Positions 28,044 to 37,704 of a DNA stretch of 64,000 bases are shown here, one piece after another. The notes beneath the pieces were generated by a model. That model was not told the DNA's origin, ran no database searches, and saw only the letters and a program-made list of their open reading frames with translations. How positions within the stretch are numbered: position 1 is the first letter of the stretch; each line of letters starts with the position of its first letter. A program made the translations under genes and the position numbers. This DNA is from Trypanosoma brucei (taxonomy: Eukaryota), in assembly GCA_000002445.1 (NCBI GenBank), contig CM000208.1, forward strand, positions 2,624,001 to 2,688,000, given 5' to 3'.

Positions 28044-31000
28044 TCACGCCCGCTCCCCCGGGGGAGTGGCGACACTGTCGCGAAAACGGGAAATGGTATC
28101 CTCATGAGTGCGCTCCTCCGTCTCTGTTGATCCCGCATGCCCCATCCCATCATCTTCTACAAGAGCCACGTCGATATCTGAGGACGTTGCGTGCATCCTG
28201 GAAAATACAATCGCTGCAATAGCAAATATTACAACCACACCGATAAAAGAACAGACCACGAAAACTTGAGAGTTTTTACCCCAAACTGATCGGTGCACGG
28301 GGTCCTCTGTCCATCCCCCAACAAAAGCACCTCCTCCCACGACGAGGTACCCCGCCTCCTGCCGTTCTCCCCATTCATCTTCCGAGAATCTAGTTTCAAT
28401 GCCAATAGGATATATTTCCTCCCCTTTGCTCTGCAGTACCTTAAGTGTGCAGGTGATGGTGCTCGCACTCGCGCTCAGTACATCACACAAGACGGCTGCA
28501 TCTGATGTATCATCTCCAACAATTACCCGGTTGTATTCAGCGCCAACTGGGTTGAAGTTATTGCCATGTAGTGTCAACTTGGTGTCATTCACACACCACG
28601 CGCTGATAGAGGCGCAGGATCCCGTCACGTATTCCACCGACGGTGGAGATGGGTGAACCTGGAGCGTTGTGAAGGAACCACTGGAAAACGGCACGGCTTT
28701 ACCCCCGCTTGAAACCACGGCCGTCCAGTTGCACGCCAGAGGGGTATTCACGTGTACCTCACACGTTAGAAGTTCCTCTGTTATGCTCAGCACGGAACAA
28801 AATGGTTTCGTGCAATCCGGTCTGGGTGTTCCCGAGGACGTAAAGTTAACAGCGTATCCCTTCCGGGGATCAAACCGTCCGTAGAATTGAGCCACGACAC
28901 CGTCACGCACCATCCGCGGTCGAATGGCCGCCACAATATCGTCCGCCGGCGCCGGTGGAAGCGTCACTGTGATATTTATAGGAAACCCCACAACCTTTGA
29001 CGATTCAACACGCACTGTTGCAGCTGTATACGGTGGCAGGGAACACGAAAGACAGACACACAGACAACTGATGCTACCGTTGTAGCCGTATAAATCCTGG
29101 GTAAAGGGGAAAGACACGTTAGAGTATATGACAGCAACGCCATCGGTGCTGCGGGAAAACTCTTGATGGCATTTGTGTGTGCCACAGTCAGCTGGGGAGT
29201 TAGGGTTGCCTGTTGGGATCAAAACGGCGTCACCGAGTTCCAGTGCACTTCCCTCTGCCTTAAATGCAGATGCTTGCGTTCCCACCACCTCCTTTGGTGT
29301 TATCGACAGAGTGCGGTACTCCAAACGAGTTGCAGCAAGCGTGCCGGTCATGTTAGGGTTGTAGGCTATCATGTAGAATGACCCAATATTGAGGGGAGGG
29401 ACAACCACCGCGTTCTTCTGAGCAACTGGGAGCACACCAGAAAAACTCAATGATGGCCTCTGAATCTTGGCGTATTCTCCTTGCAAAAATCTTTCCACCA
29501 TCGACTCGTCGGTGTCAGTGCGTAAAAGAGAAAAATACCACCCATCCTTCACACCTTTCACAGAGAGGCTGCATGGGGAATAGGCCAGGCAAGCAACCCG
29601 GTTGACCAGTATCTCTGAACTCCCATTTGGCAAGGCGGTTGCTTTCCCCCTCGTGAGTAGGCTCCAGGACTCTCGTACGAAAGTCAATCCACCAGTACGA
29701 TACCTAGCGTCGTTTTTAGTGCTGCTTGCCGGAACACCTCCTTGTAAATCACCTACGATGGGTGTGGACCGTGTGACTCCTTCTGGCATCTTCACGACGA
29801 CACGGTCGGGGGCCGGGGGGAAGTCGTACGTATAACCAACCCTGCCGCGTGCACGGTTGGGCGGGATGACGCTTAGCCACATAGGTGGCGCTGGAGTGCC
29901 GCCGCAACATGCCACAGCCAGCTGGCCTAGGTGGCGATTGTGGGGGTCCTTCGCTGGACTCCACCTTCCATCGTCCTTACGCCACGCATGGCAGAGCAGT
30001 GTTTTGTTGCCGCGTTTTACGGTAATTTGGGCCCACCCATTTTCTGCGGAATTTACAGGAACCCAGAAGGATTTTTGTGGGGTGGATGCTGCCTCTCTCG
30101 GGGCGACGCCGAGTGGGCATATCTCGGATAGTGAGCAAAGTTGCATACCGTTTTTCTTCCTGCAAGTGTTCTGTGCACTCTCCCACGTTATTTTACCCCG
30201 TGCAGCATGAAAGACACGTGATTTACCCGTCGTGTTCAATTTTAGTATTAATCGATTCCAGCCCCTCGCCAACCTAACCTGGTAAAGATAGTGCCCTACG
30301 GAAGACGATGAGGACGAACCAACGAATAGACCATCCACCCACAATCCATGATCTGCATGGGAAGCCACACGTATCCCCACTTTCATCTCCTCCGCTGCGT
30401 ACAGCGCAAGTGCCCTATACTGGTTGAAGCTTCCACAAATACTCTCGCCCCTCCAGAGACCATTTGTACTTCTCTCCGCCACCCACTCGTACTGGCGCCT
30501 CTCACCAAGCACCCAGACACTCTCCGTAGATAGGATCATGGAGCTAGGGCGCGAATCCAAAGGAAAGTCTGTCAGCTGAGCACTAGGCGACATTTCGGCC
30601 TCCAGATCGTGTGGAATTGCTCCTACAGTCGATTCTTTCTTAACAAGTCTCATCAGAGTCAGCACCGGTGCTTCCGCCTGCACGGGAGTGAGGTAAGGTG
30701 GAAGATCGTTACCGAGTGCGTTGACACCCTTAACCTCGCAGCTTCCAAGGTGGATTTTAAATGAAAGGAACCAAGAATGACCATTGATAGCAACGGTGCG
30801 GAGAATAATTGAATGCCACCCCGGTGACAGGTAAGTTGTAACACTCTCTTGCTTTCTTTCCGTACCATTTCCTCGGGAATAAGCAGGCGTGCTGTCCAAA
30901 AATAAGTCCGTTTCACCTTCAGTGACAAAAGTCCAGCAAACCGACGCGAAGCTGTTACGGCCGTTGTGAAGGGAAAAGGCAATGTATGACACAGCCGACC

Positions 31001-32714
31001 CTTTCCCTTTGTGGAGATTCACTCCATACACCGGTATTTTCCCGTCGGGGGATGTTAGTGTTGTCCACGTAAGGTTTCCTACCTTTCTCCCAGGCTGGGG
31101 AAAAACTCGCAGCACATCAACAACACTCCCATCGAAACCACCGTAAACGAAGTCTACCCACTCTTTTCCAAGATGGAGAAATTTGGAAACGTGTAGGTCG
31201 TCCATCAGCTCATAAGCTGCGCCTTCCATACGCGGTACACCCCTGAGAGAGTAGCCAACAGCAGTGCCAACAACACGCATCCAAAACTTGGATGTAGCGA
31301 GCAACTCAGTTCGGTTATTGACACTATATTGATCAAAAAACAACTTGATAAACACCTGGTGGAAGCCTTCAGTTAGAGAGACGTCAAACGAACTTTCATT
31401 CGATGGGTCGGCACTCCGTGGAGTGAAGCGTTTACCGTCGACATACACCACCGCTGTGGCATCGAAACCATATCGCACAGTGACACGCTGGGTCGCAGCA
31501 CTATAAAGAGAAAAAGCGTAGAATTGCAAACTTCTGTGCGGCACCTTCGCTACAAACACACCATCGTCTGCGGCCAACTCCCGCCACACATCCTGCAAGA
31601 AGTGCTCGCTGTCAATGCGCACCATACTCCTGCTGCCGACCTGCGGTCGAATTTGTGCCTCACCGCCAACGACAGTGGGAGCGAACCAATCCCTTTCGAG
31701 GGCAGTTGATCTTTCCACTGCACGTATTGCCGTGCCCGCTTCACCAAAATGCAGCAGACGTGGGACAAGTGCGTCAGGGTATGCTGACACGTCGGCTGGA
31801 AGCCGCCCAACAACATTCAAAACAGCTTTCAGTATTTTCGCGTTCGCGGTTTCAGGCCCATTCACAACTTCCACGACAATTACATACTCCCTAGCACCTT
31901 CCGCTGGGGGGCCGGCGTAATGTGTATAACGACCTGTTGGGCTCTCCGCGATGGTGGTGTTACCGTTTGCTGTGATACGGAACGTCACATTTCCTTGATA
32001 CGGCTCGCTGTGTCTGTTCCACACGTTCACTTCAAATACAACTGGACCATTGACAACCGCAACGGTTGGTTTGAACCTCCAAGCGAGGTACAACGCCGGT
32101 TTTGTTGGAACGAACACTAGTCGATAGGGCCGCCCCCATGCTGCAGGCTCACCAGGCGTCAAAGCGCAGCACCCGCCGGTATGACTCGTATCATCGTTGT
32201 TATCTCCCCAGAACGAGAGCGTCCTCCCACCACTTTCCTCCGTGTATCCTTCACCTGAGCCACCAAGGACACCGGTGTCTAGCGGTTCGGACACCACGCG
32301 TGTGTAACCATCCCATGCGGGATCACGCGGGTCTCGCGGGGCGTACACGTAGTTCCGCGTGGCGTTCATGTTAGTGAGGAGGTTGCACAAGGTGACCCCA
32401 GGAAGGGGAATGAGGTGATCCGCAAATGAGCCCATCTCGACAATCAAGACGTAGTTGTGTCCATGATAATCATACTCGACACATGGTTTCATGTAGTTCT
32501 TACCTCCATCGAATCCGTTTTGAATATCATCTGTGGTGATTCTGCGGGTACCGTCCAGGTTACCAACTACAACCCCATTTTCGGCAGCTGAAGCAAGTAC
32601 GGGCAAAACCGTAAACACAACAATAATGGCTAAAACATTTAAAAAAGTGCCTGGGGGGCTTAGTGCCATGAAGAATGCATTTCCCCTCCTCCTTTTTGCG
32701 CAAGCACACTTCAT
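28044..32714 (-). CDS. Large type I membrane glycoprotein, 1556 aa. It has an N-terminal signal peptide, many N-glycosylation sequons, an apparent C-type lectin-like domain, a single C-terminal TM helix and a 55-aa acidic cytoplasmic tail.
   Basis: N-terminus MALSPPGTFLNVLAIIVVFTVLPVLASA. C-terminus VFVVCSFIGVVVIFAIAAIVFSRMH then an acidic tail. CTLD-like segment ITWESAQNTCRKKNGMQLCSLSEIC...FWVPVNSAENGW...LCHAWRKDDGRW...LAVACC at about 29890-30200. Confidence 0.75.
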   Translation of the reverse strand: MKCACAKRRRGNAFFMALSPPGTFLNVLAIIVVFTVLPVLASAAENGVVVGNLDGTRRITTDDIQNGFDGGKNYMKPCVEYDYHGHNYVLIVEMGSFADHLIPLPGVTLCNLLTNMNATRNYVYAPRDPRDPAWDGYTRVVSEPLDTGVLGGSGEGYTEESGGRTLSFWGDNNDDTSHTGGCCALTPGEPAAWGRPYRLVFVPTKPALYLAWRFKPTVAVVNGPVVFEVNVWNRHSEPYQGNVTFRITANGNTTIAESPTGRYTHYAGPPAEGAREYVIVVEVVNGPETANAKILKAVLNVVGRLPADVSAYPDALVPRLLHFGEAGTAIRAVERSTALERDWFAPTVVGGEAQIRPQVGSRSMVRIDSEHFLQDVWRELAADDGVFVAKVPHRSLQFYAFSLYSAATQRVTVRYGFDATAVVYVDGKRFTPRSADPSNESSFDVSLTEGFHQVFIKLFFDQYSVNNRTELLATSKFWMRVVGTAVGYSLRGVPRMEGAAYELMDDLHVSKFLHLGKEWVDFVYGGFDGSVVDVLRVFPQPGRKVGNLTWTTLTSPDGKIPVYGVNLHKGKGSAVSYIAFSLHNGRNSFASVCWTFVTEGETDLFLDSTPAYSRGNGTERKQESVTTYLSPGWHSIILRTVAINGHSWFLSFKIHLGSCEVKGVNALGNDLPPYLTPVQAEAPVLTLMRLVKKESTVGAIPHDLEAEMSPSAQLTDFPLDSRPSSMILSTESVWVLGERRQYEWVAERSTNGLWRGESICGSFNQYRALALYAAEEMKVGIRVASHADHGLWVDGLFVGSSSSSSVGHYLYQVRLARGWNRLILKLNTTGKSRVFHAARGKITWESAQNTCRKKNGMQLCSLSEICPLGVAPREAASTPQKSFWVPVNSAENGWAQITVKRGNKTLLCHAWRKDDGRWSPAKDPHNRHLGQLAVACCGGTPAPPMWLSVIPPNRARGRVGYTYDFPPAPDRVVVKMPEGVTRSTPIVGDLQGGVPASSTKNDARYRTGGLTFVRESWSLLTRGKATALPNGSSEILVNRVACLAYSPCSLSVKGVKDGWYFSLLRTDTDESMVERFLQGEYAKIQRPSLSFSGVLPVAQKNAVVVPPLNIGSFYMIAYNPNMTGTLAATRLEYRTLSITPKEVVGTQASAFKAEGSALELGDAVLIPTGNPNSPADCGTHKCHQEFSRSTDGVAVIYSNVSFPFTQDLYGYNGSISCLCVCLSCSLPPYTAATVRVESSKVVGFPINITVTLPPAPADDIVAAIRPRMVRDGVVAQFYGRFDPRKGYAVNFTSSGTPRPDCTKPFCSVLSITEELLTCEVHVNTPLACNWTAVVSSGGKAVPFSSGSFTTLQVHPSPPSVEYVTGSCASISAWCVNDTKLTLHGNNFNPVGAEYNRVIVGDDTSDAAVLCDVLSASASTITCTLKVLQSKGEEIYPIGIETRFSEDEWGERQEAGYLVVGGGAFVGGWTEDPVHRSVWGKNSQVFVVCSFIGVVVIFAIAAIVFSRMHATSSDIDVALVEDDGMGHAGSTETEERTHEDTISRFRDSVATPPGERA

Positions 32715-33779
32715 ACTCGTGGCGGAGTACAGGTCTCCCTCCTCACGTTAGTGCGCTTCCCTTTCCACGCACCACCTTCTGCACCGCAGACAACTCACGC
32801 CGCGATTCGACAGCTGTGCTGCTCGCTCGGCGTAGGGAACGAGCGGCAGAGTTTTTTCAAACCCGATAAATATAAAATATTTATTTCGGTGCCTTCTCTC
32901 CCTTTCAAATGGTAAACCCGTCACTTTATTGACAAAACAAAGGCGCCGTTCCTCTGTCTGTAGCGCCACCTCCTGAGGCGCCTGTACCTTTAGTTCCCGA
33001 TACGTGTAAGGGTCTCCCTTTAAAAAAAAAAATACAGTCGAAGCGGCTAACTGACTTCCAGTTAAAACAAACTGGATACGACAAACTCGAGTGAGTTTGT
33101 TATGCGCACATCCGTGTGTGTTGTGAGGATAAAAGGGGGTTAAAGCAAGCAAAGATCGGGGGAAAGAGGAAAGAAATGGCTCTGGCGCAAGGAGAACTAA
33201 GTGTTTCGCGCGTTGTTAGGGAAACATCCCAGTGAAGAAATAAAAAAACAAAACGTTTCCGTGTGCGTAGCGCAGGTCCCATGTAACGCCTGCCTTACCC
33301 CACATCATGTATCTCGACTAACCTTTTTCCAATGGAAAATATAAGCAAGACGTTATCCGAATGATCGTGTCCTGACACCGGCTACCGGGTGTTGCTTTAG
33401 GGAGGCAGTGGCCACCGGCAATTCTTTTCACGCAACACGAAGGGTGAAGTTCTTCCAGTTACTCTGGCAGAAGGAGCTAACACCGCGTGCAACTTTATCT
33501 CCATTTCCGTCCCCTTCCAGTTACGATCCCCAGGAGCCACCAATCAAGGAATACTTCGGTCCCCACAGGGAAGTCGTTGAATGATGTTATCGTGAACGGT
33601 GCCACCTACTTGTCTTTTACCAAAAGACGAGACCGCCGAGGTATAGGGGGAAAGGTTCTAGTTTCCTTACTTGCATTCCTAGTTCCTTCTATCCTTATCA
33701 GTATGCAGTAAAGGCAAACCCCCTAAAATGGGAAAAGAGAGCAAGAGCTCACAGCGGAATTGTGATGTAGACCTGCCAG

Positions 33780-33800
33780 AACACACACACACACATACAT
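33780..33800. repeat. (CA)8 microsatellite in a 2.3 kb intergenic or UTR region
   Basis: Direct reading: acacacacacacacacatacat. Confidence 0.9.
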
Positions 33801-35034
33801 CGTGCACTATGCAGTAGAGTACTAAGTTGGTGTGTCCCCACCCTATGTTCCGCCTTACCGCTCAGTAAATACTGTGTTAATATATATGCTCTGTACGTTG
33901 ATAGAACGTCGTTGTCAGGGGAGCGAGAAATAACGGACCACACCTCCGACTACCACCATCTACCTTACTTAGCACGGATGTTGCTTTAGTCTCATCTACC
34001 CTCCTCCCTTTCACCACTCAAACATCCGTACCCTATGGGCCCCTCACTGTTAATATCAGTATGCCACTAGTAAAAGCTCATCCCCTTCATCCCTCAACCT
34101 CGCACACTGCCGTTACCGAGCTATCGGAGCGGGAGACGGATCGTTGTCGCACGCAGTTGAATAACCATCCACGGGAGATTAGCTTGGTCGATACAACTGT
34201 AAGAAAATCGGGGGAGAAGCCTTCCACAAAGACCAAACAAACGATTCGAGGTAGCAACAGCCACACAGGGAACTCCAAAATTATCTCCGCTCGGATCTCG
34301 TATTATTTTCTCTTTAGCTTTCCTTCTTTTTACCCTGCATGTCCCATTCCACTCCATTTGCTTCCCTTCCTCCTTTATTATATATTTTTTTCACTTTCCC
34401 GTTCGATTGCTTCCCTCGCCCATTTTCGTCGGCATCAGCCTATTTAGACATGCAACTGCTGGAACGAAGGAGTGAAAAGAAAACCGAAAAAGACTGAAAC
34501 GAAACAAGAAACAAAACAAAGGGGAAGGCACTGACCATCATCCCCCTTCTACCACACGCGCCAGCTTACTTACTGGCGAGAGTAAATCCCACATGCTGTG
34601 TAGCGTGCAGTCGATACTGCAAACAAGCTGTATTTTTGCTGGACGACCGAGGAAGGGGGGGATGAAGTGAGTGACTCTAAGAGAGTGATAGGGGGAAAAG
34701 AGTAAAAAAAAAACAACAACACCACAACCATCATCGCCGAGAGAAAAGAGGGGGTTGGAGAAAGAGTCATAGAGATAGCTCGGAATATGGGGCACAGGTT
34801 CAGAGAGCTCAACATGCGGTGGGAATGCGTTCTCAGCCCTTACGGAATGTCACGAAAGCGAAATTCTCACATGTTTCGTTCCAAGTGGAGCCCGTATTGG
34901 TAAGGATTCCCCTCCCGTTTCACCTTGCTCCCTTGCCCCCAAACTTCGACGTGCCACGCTTCCCCTTTCCTTCCTTCAATTACATGGCCTCTATAAACGA
35001 GAACGTCCTTCACTCCACTGCGATTCATATCTCC

Positions 35035-35793
35035 TCAACGAATCAGCCTATACATCTGCGCGATGTCATCCTCGTCAGAGTCTTCCTCATGTTCTTCACC
35101 ATCCTCCACATTAAAGAAGTGATGATTAAGCCATTCTGGTATCAGTGACGAGTACTGTTCTCCGAAGAAGGTAACACTTCCAGGCCCTACCACCTCCAAT
35201 TGCACAAAACCATCCACATCAAATCGTATGTCCACATTGCTGCACAAGTCACTCATGCGGGGAAGCACCACGGTGTACACTCCACCAAGCCGCACCTGCT
35301 CAAGCTGGAAAAGATTGTCAGCGCCGATTGTTCTCTTGCTGCTGCCCTCACTTTCGAGATTGAGGGGCCCCGCAACTGTGCCACAGTTTCCGGGAAAACC
35401 CCACGGAAAGCACGCAACCGTGTGGCTCTCCATCTTCCCTGAAGCACAAAGTGTCGTGAGGTTTGCAAGGGTTATCTGACGCAACGCGGCATCACCGTAT
35501 GTCTTAACTCTTGAGGAGAGCTTCTGCTTCCTTGTTTGTTGTTGCCTTTTCACGTACGATTCAACTTCCTCCACAGTAGGTGGTGTGAAGGCGATGTGGG
35601 TCACCCGCACAGAGCTCCGAACCTGCTGTGCTGCGCACTCTTCAAAAGAGTACGGCCTTTCCTCAAGGACCACAACGCGAAATGACGTCGCCGTTATTTC
35701 ATCACGCTCTTCCATTCGTATAGTTAACTTCTCCCCTCCTTTGTTGATACGCCCTCGCTTGCCCACAGCCGAAGTGTACCTGGTTATACGCAC
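35035..35793 (-). CDS. Hypothetical protein, about 230-252 aa, with an acidic C-terminal tail (EDGEEHEEDSDEDD)
   Basis: ORF on the array strand. Possible true start at MEERDEIT. No domain recognised. Confidence 0.5.
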   Translation of the reverse strand: MRITRYTSAVGKRGRINKGGEKLTIRMEERDEITATSFRVVVLEERPYSFEECAAQQVRSSVRVTHIAFTPPTVEEVESYVKRQQQTRKQKLSSRVKTYGDAALRQITLANLTTLCASGKMESHTVACFPWGFPGNCGTVAGPLNLESEGSSKRTIGADNLFQLEQVRLGGVYTVVLPRMSDLCSNVDIRFDVDGFVQLEVVGPGSVTFFGEQYSSLIPEWLNHHFFNVEDGEEHEEDSDEDDIAQMYRLIR

Positions 35794-36327
35794 CTTATCG
35801 TTGGTTTTTTCCCAACTGGGTATTTCGTGTCCTTCGGCTCGTCCCCTTCAGTATCTATTGCGTATATTGGTTGTTCAGTTGCTCCCCTACTACACCGCCG
35901 TAATGGGAGCAATAACTTCTTAGCGCAAAACAAGAATGACACGATGCGAACCGAATGCCGAAACCGTAAAGATGTTGTGAGGACGAAAAGCACTACTGTG
36001 GAAGCCTGGTCCTTTGAAATCAGCACGCGAGCAAAAGGAATGACAAGTGGAGAAAGAGATAAGAAATAACACAACGAAAAAAAATAGGGTGCTAAACAAA
36101 CTGACGGAGGTGGCCAATAGTACGCAGTGCACTCAAACCACATTTCCACCCTTTTTCCTTTCACACGATGAAAGTGTCCGCATTACAAAATAAACACCAT
36201 AAACTTAGTAGGTGGAGGCGAGCTGGCATCCCATACCACGGCAACAAACGTGCATGAGATTGTGTGCAACAACCCTTTTCAACAACATTTGCCTCGATGC
36301 TGTTAAATCAATAGGCAACGAAATTAG

Positions 36328-37344
36328 TTAGTCCTTGCCTTGCCGTTGCCTTTCATGCGAGCCCCCGCGCTCCACCTCCTCAACTTTCTGCACTTCTGGT
36401 ACCCAGTGCCGTGTCGTCCGTTCAATCATATCCCTCAGAGTTGTCTTGCTGCTCCTACACTTACGGCACGCTCCCAGCATCTCAACCAGCATCACTGAAT
36501 CCGCAAGCCCAACAAAGCGAATGTCACCACCGTCAGCTTGAAGCTGTGGTCTAATCGTGGTAGAGATAAGTTCTTTCAACACCACCACTACCTCAGAATC
36601 GCCATCCTGTGGGATGGTATCTGGATGCGGGTGAGGAGCATCTGCGTCGATATGAGCCCGACCACTGTACAGGTGATCCGTGAGAAGGGCGCTAACATGA
36701 AGCTTTAGCTCACTCCAATGTGTGCTGCGCACCAGATCACGCAGAGCGGCCTCATCCACTGAGTCTAGTGCAACCCCGCCCTGCGAACCTAGATTATCCT
36801 CGGTGTTTTCGCCGCCACCGTCCACACTTTCGTTAGGGTCATTGCGACCAGAAAGTGTTTTTACCTGCTCGCAGTTTTCTTCCATGGCGTCCATAACCTT
36901 CCGCTGGAGCGCCGCTGACCGTTCGGCCGTTTCTTCCGGTGTCGCGGTGGGATTACCGCCGAGTCTAACAGCGTACTGTCGCACTGCAGCCGCCGTGTCG
37001 TCATCGTCCACACGGCGCACCGTCACAAAATCCCTCCCAATGGTAACTTCCTCCACCATAGGGAGATTGTGGAGAATGTGCTTGGCAAGGGGCGATTGAT
37101 GGCAGTTGTCAAAATCGAAACGAAGTGTATTTCCACTTTGTGGGAGAAATTCGACGCCTTTGACAAAAAACTTATAGCACGCTTCATTTGGCGTTTCGCG
37201 GAAGGAAACGAAGAAGCTCCTCTTGGAATCCACGTGTGCTTTGGGGGTTAGACATCCTCGAGTCAGCTCCTGCGCTATACGCGGGCAGCGGGCAACGTAG
37301 AAAGGACCAGCGCGGTAAAACAACCAGGAACCGACCCGCATCAA
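36328..37344 (-). CDS. NFU1: NFU1-type iron-sulfur cluster scaffold protein (Nfu_N plus NifU C-terminal domain), probably mitochondrial
   Basis: C-terminal NifU domain with the CxxC motif (...GDIRFVGLADSVMLVEMLGACRKCRSS...). N-terminal Nfu_N-like segment (FVKGVEFLPQSGNTLRFDFDN). Basic amphipathic N-terminus. Confidence 0.8.
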   Translation of the reverse strand: MMRVGSWLFYRAGPFYVARCPRIAQELTRGCLTPKAHVDSKRSFFVSFRETPNEACYKFFVKGVEFLPQSGNTLRFDFDNCHQSPLAKHILHNLPMVEEVTIGRDFVTVRRVDDDDTAAAVRQYAVRLGGNPTATPEETAERSAALQRKVMDAMEENCEQVKTLSGRNDPNESVDGGGENTEDNLGSQGGVALDSVDEAALRDLVRSTHWSELKLHVSALLTDHLYSGRAHIDADAPHPHPDTIPQDGDSEVVVVLKELISTTIRPQLQADGGDIRFVGLADSVMLVEMLGACRKCRSSKTTLRDMIERTTRHWVPEVQKVEEVERGGSHERQRQGKD

Positions 37345-37704
37345 TTATCACCCGCGCCCACACCCCTGAGAAAGAGCGAAGGGTAGGAAAAAGAATATGA
37401 AGAAGCGAACCTACAAATTTTAAAAGCACACAACTGTCCAGAGGTGAACCGCTCTTTCTCACGTAAAACAAAATGCGCATCGGCTTAAGGGCGAGTTATT
37501 CAGGGTGTCAGAGAGTAAACCGTATATGCACCTATTTGTAGCCATTAATCGCACGGTGCACGGCACATCATAAGAAGGCAGTAACACAAGGGTCGCCATT
37601 CCAGTAGAGACCAGACCCCCCTACCGCTGCACCCATGTCAAAACACATGTTCCGCTTTGTGTCGCCTAGTGGGCTGCAATCGTCCAAAAGCATTCTTCAA
37701 GGCA

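Noticed and set aside
32748-33152. 134-aa minus-strand ORF just upstream of the glycoprotein gene
   Set aside because: It lies in the 5' UTR or spacer and overlaps the glycoprotein start region. Composition is atypical and no motif is present; it is likely noise in a GC-moderate spacer.
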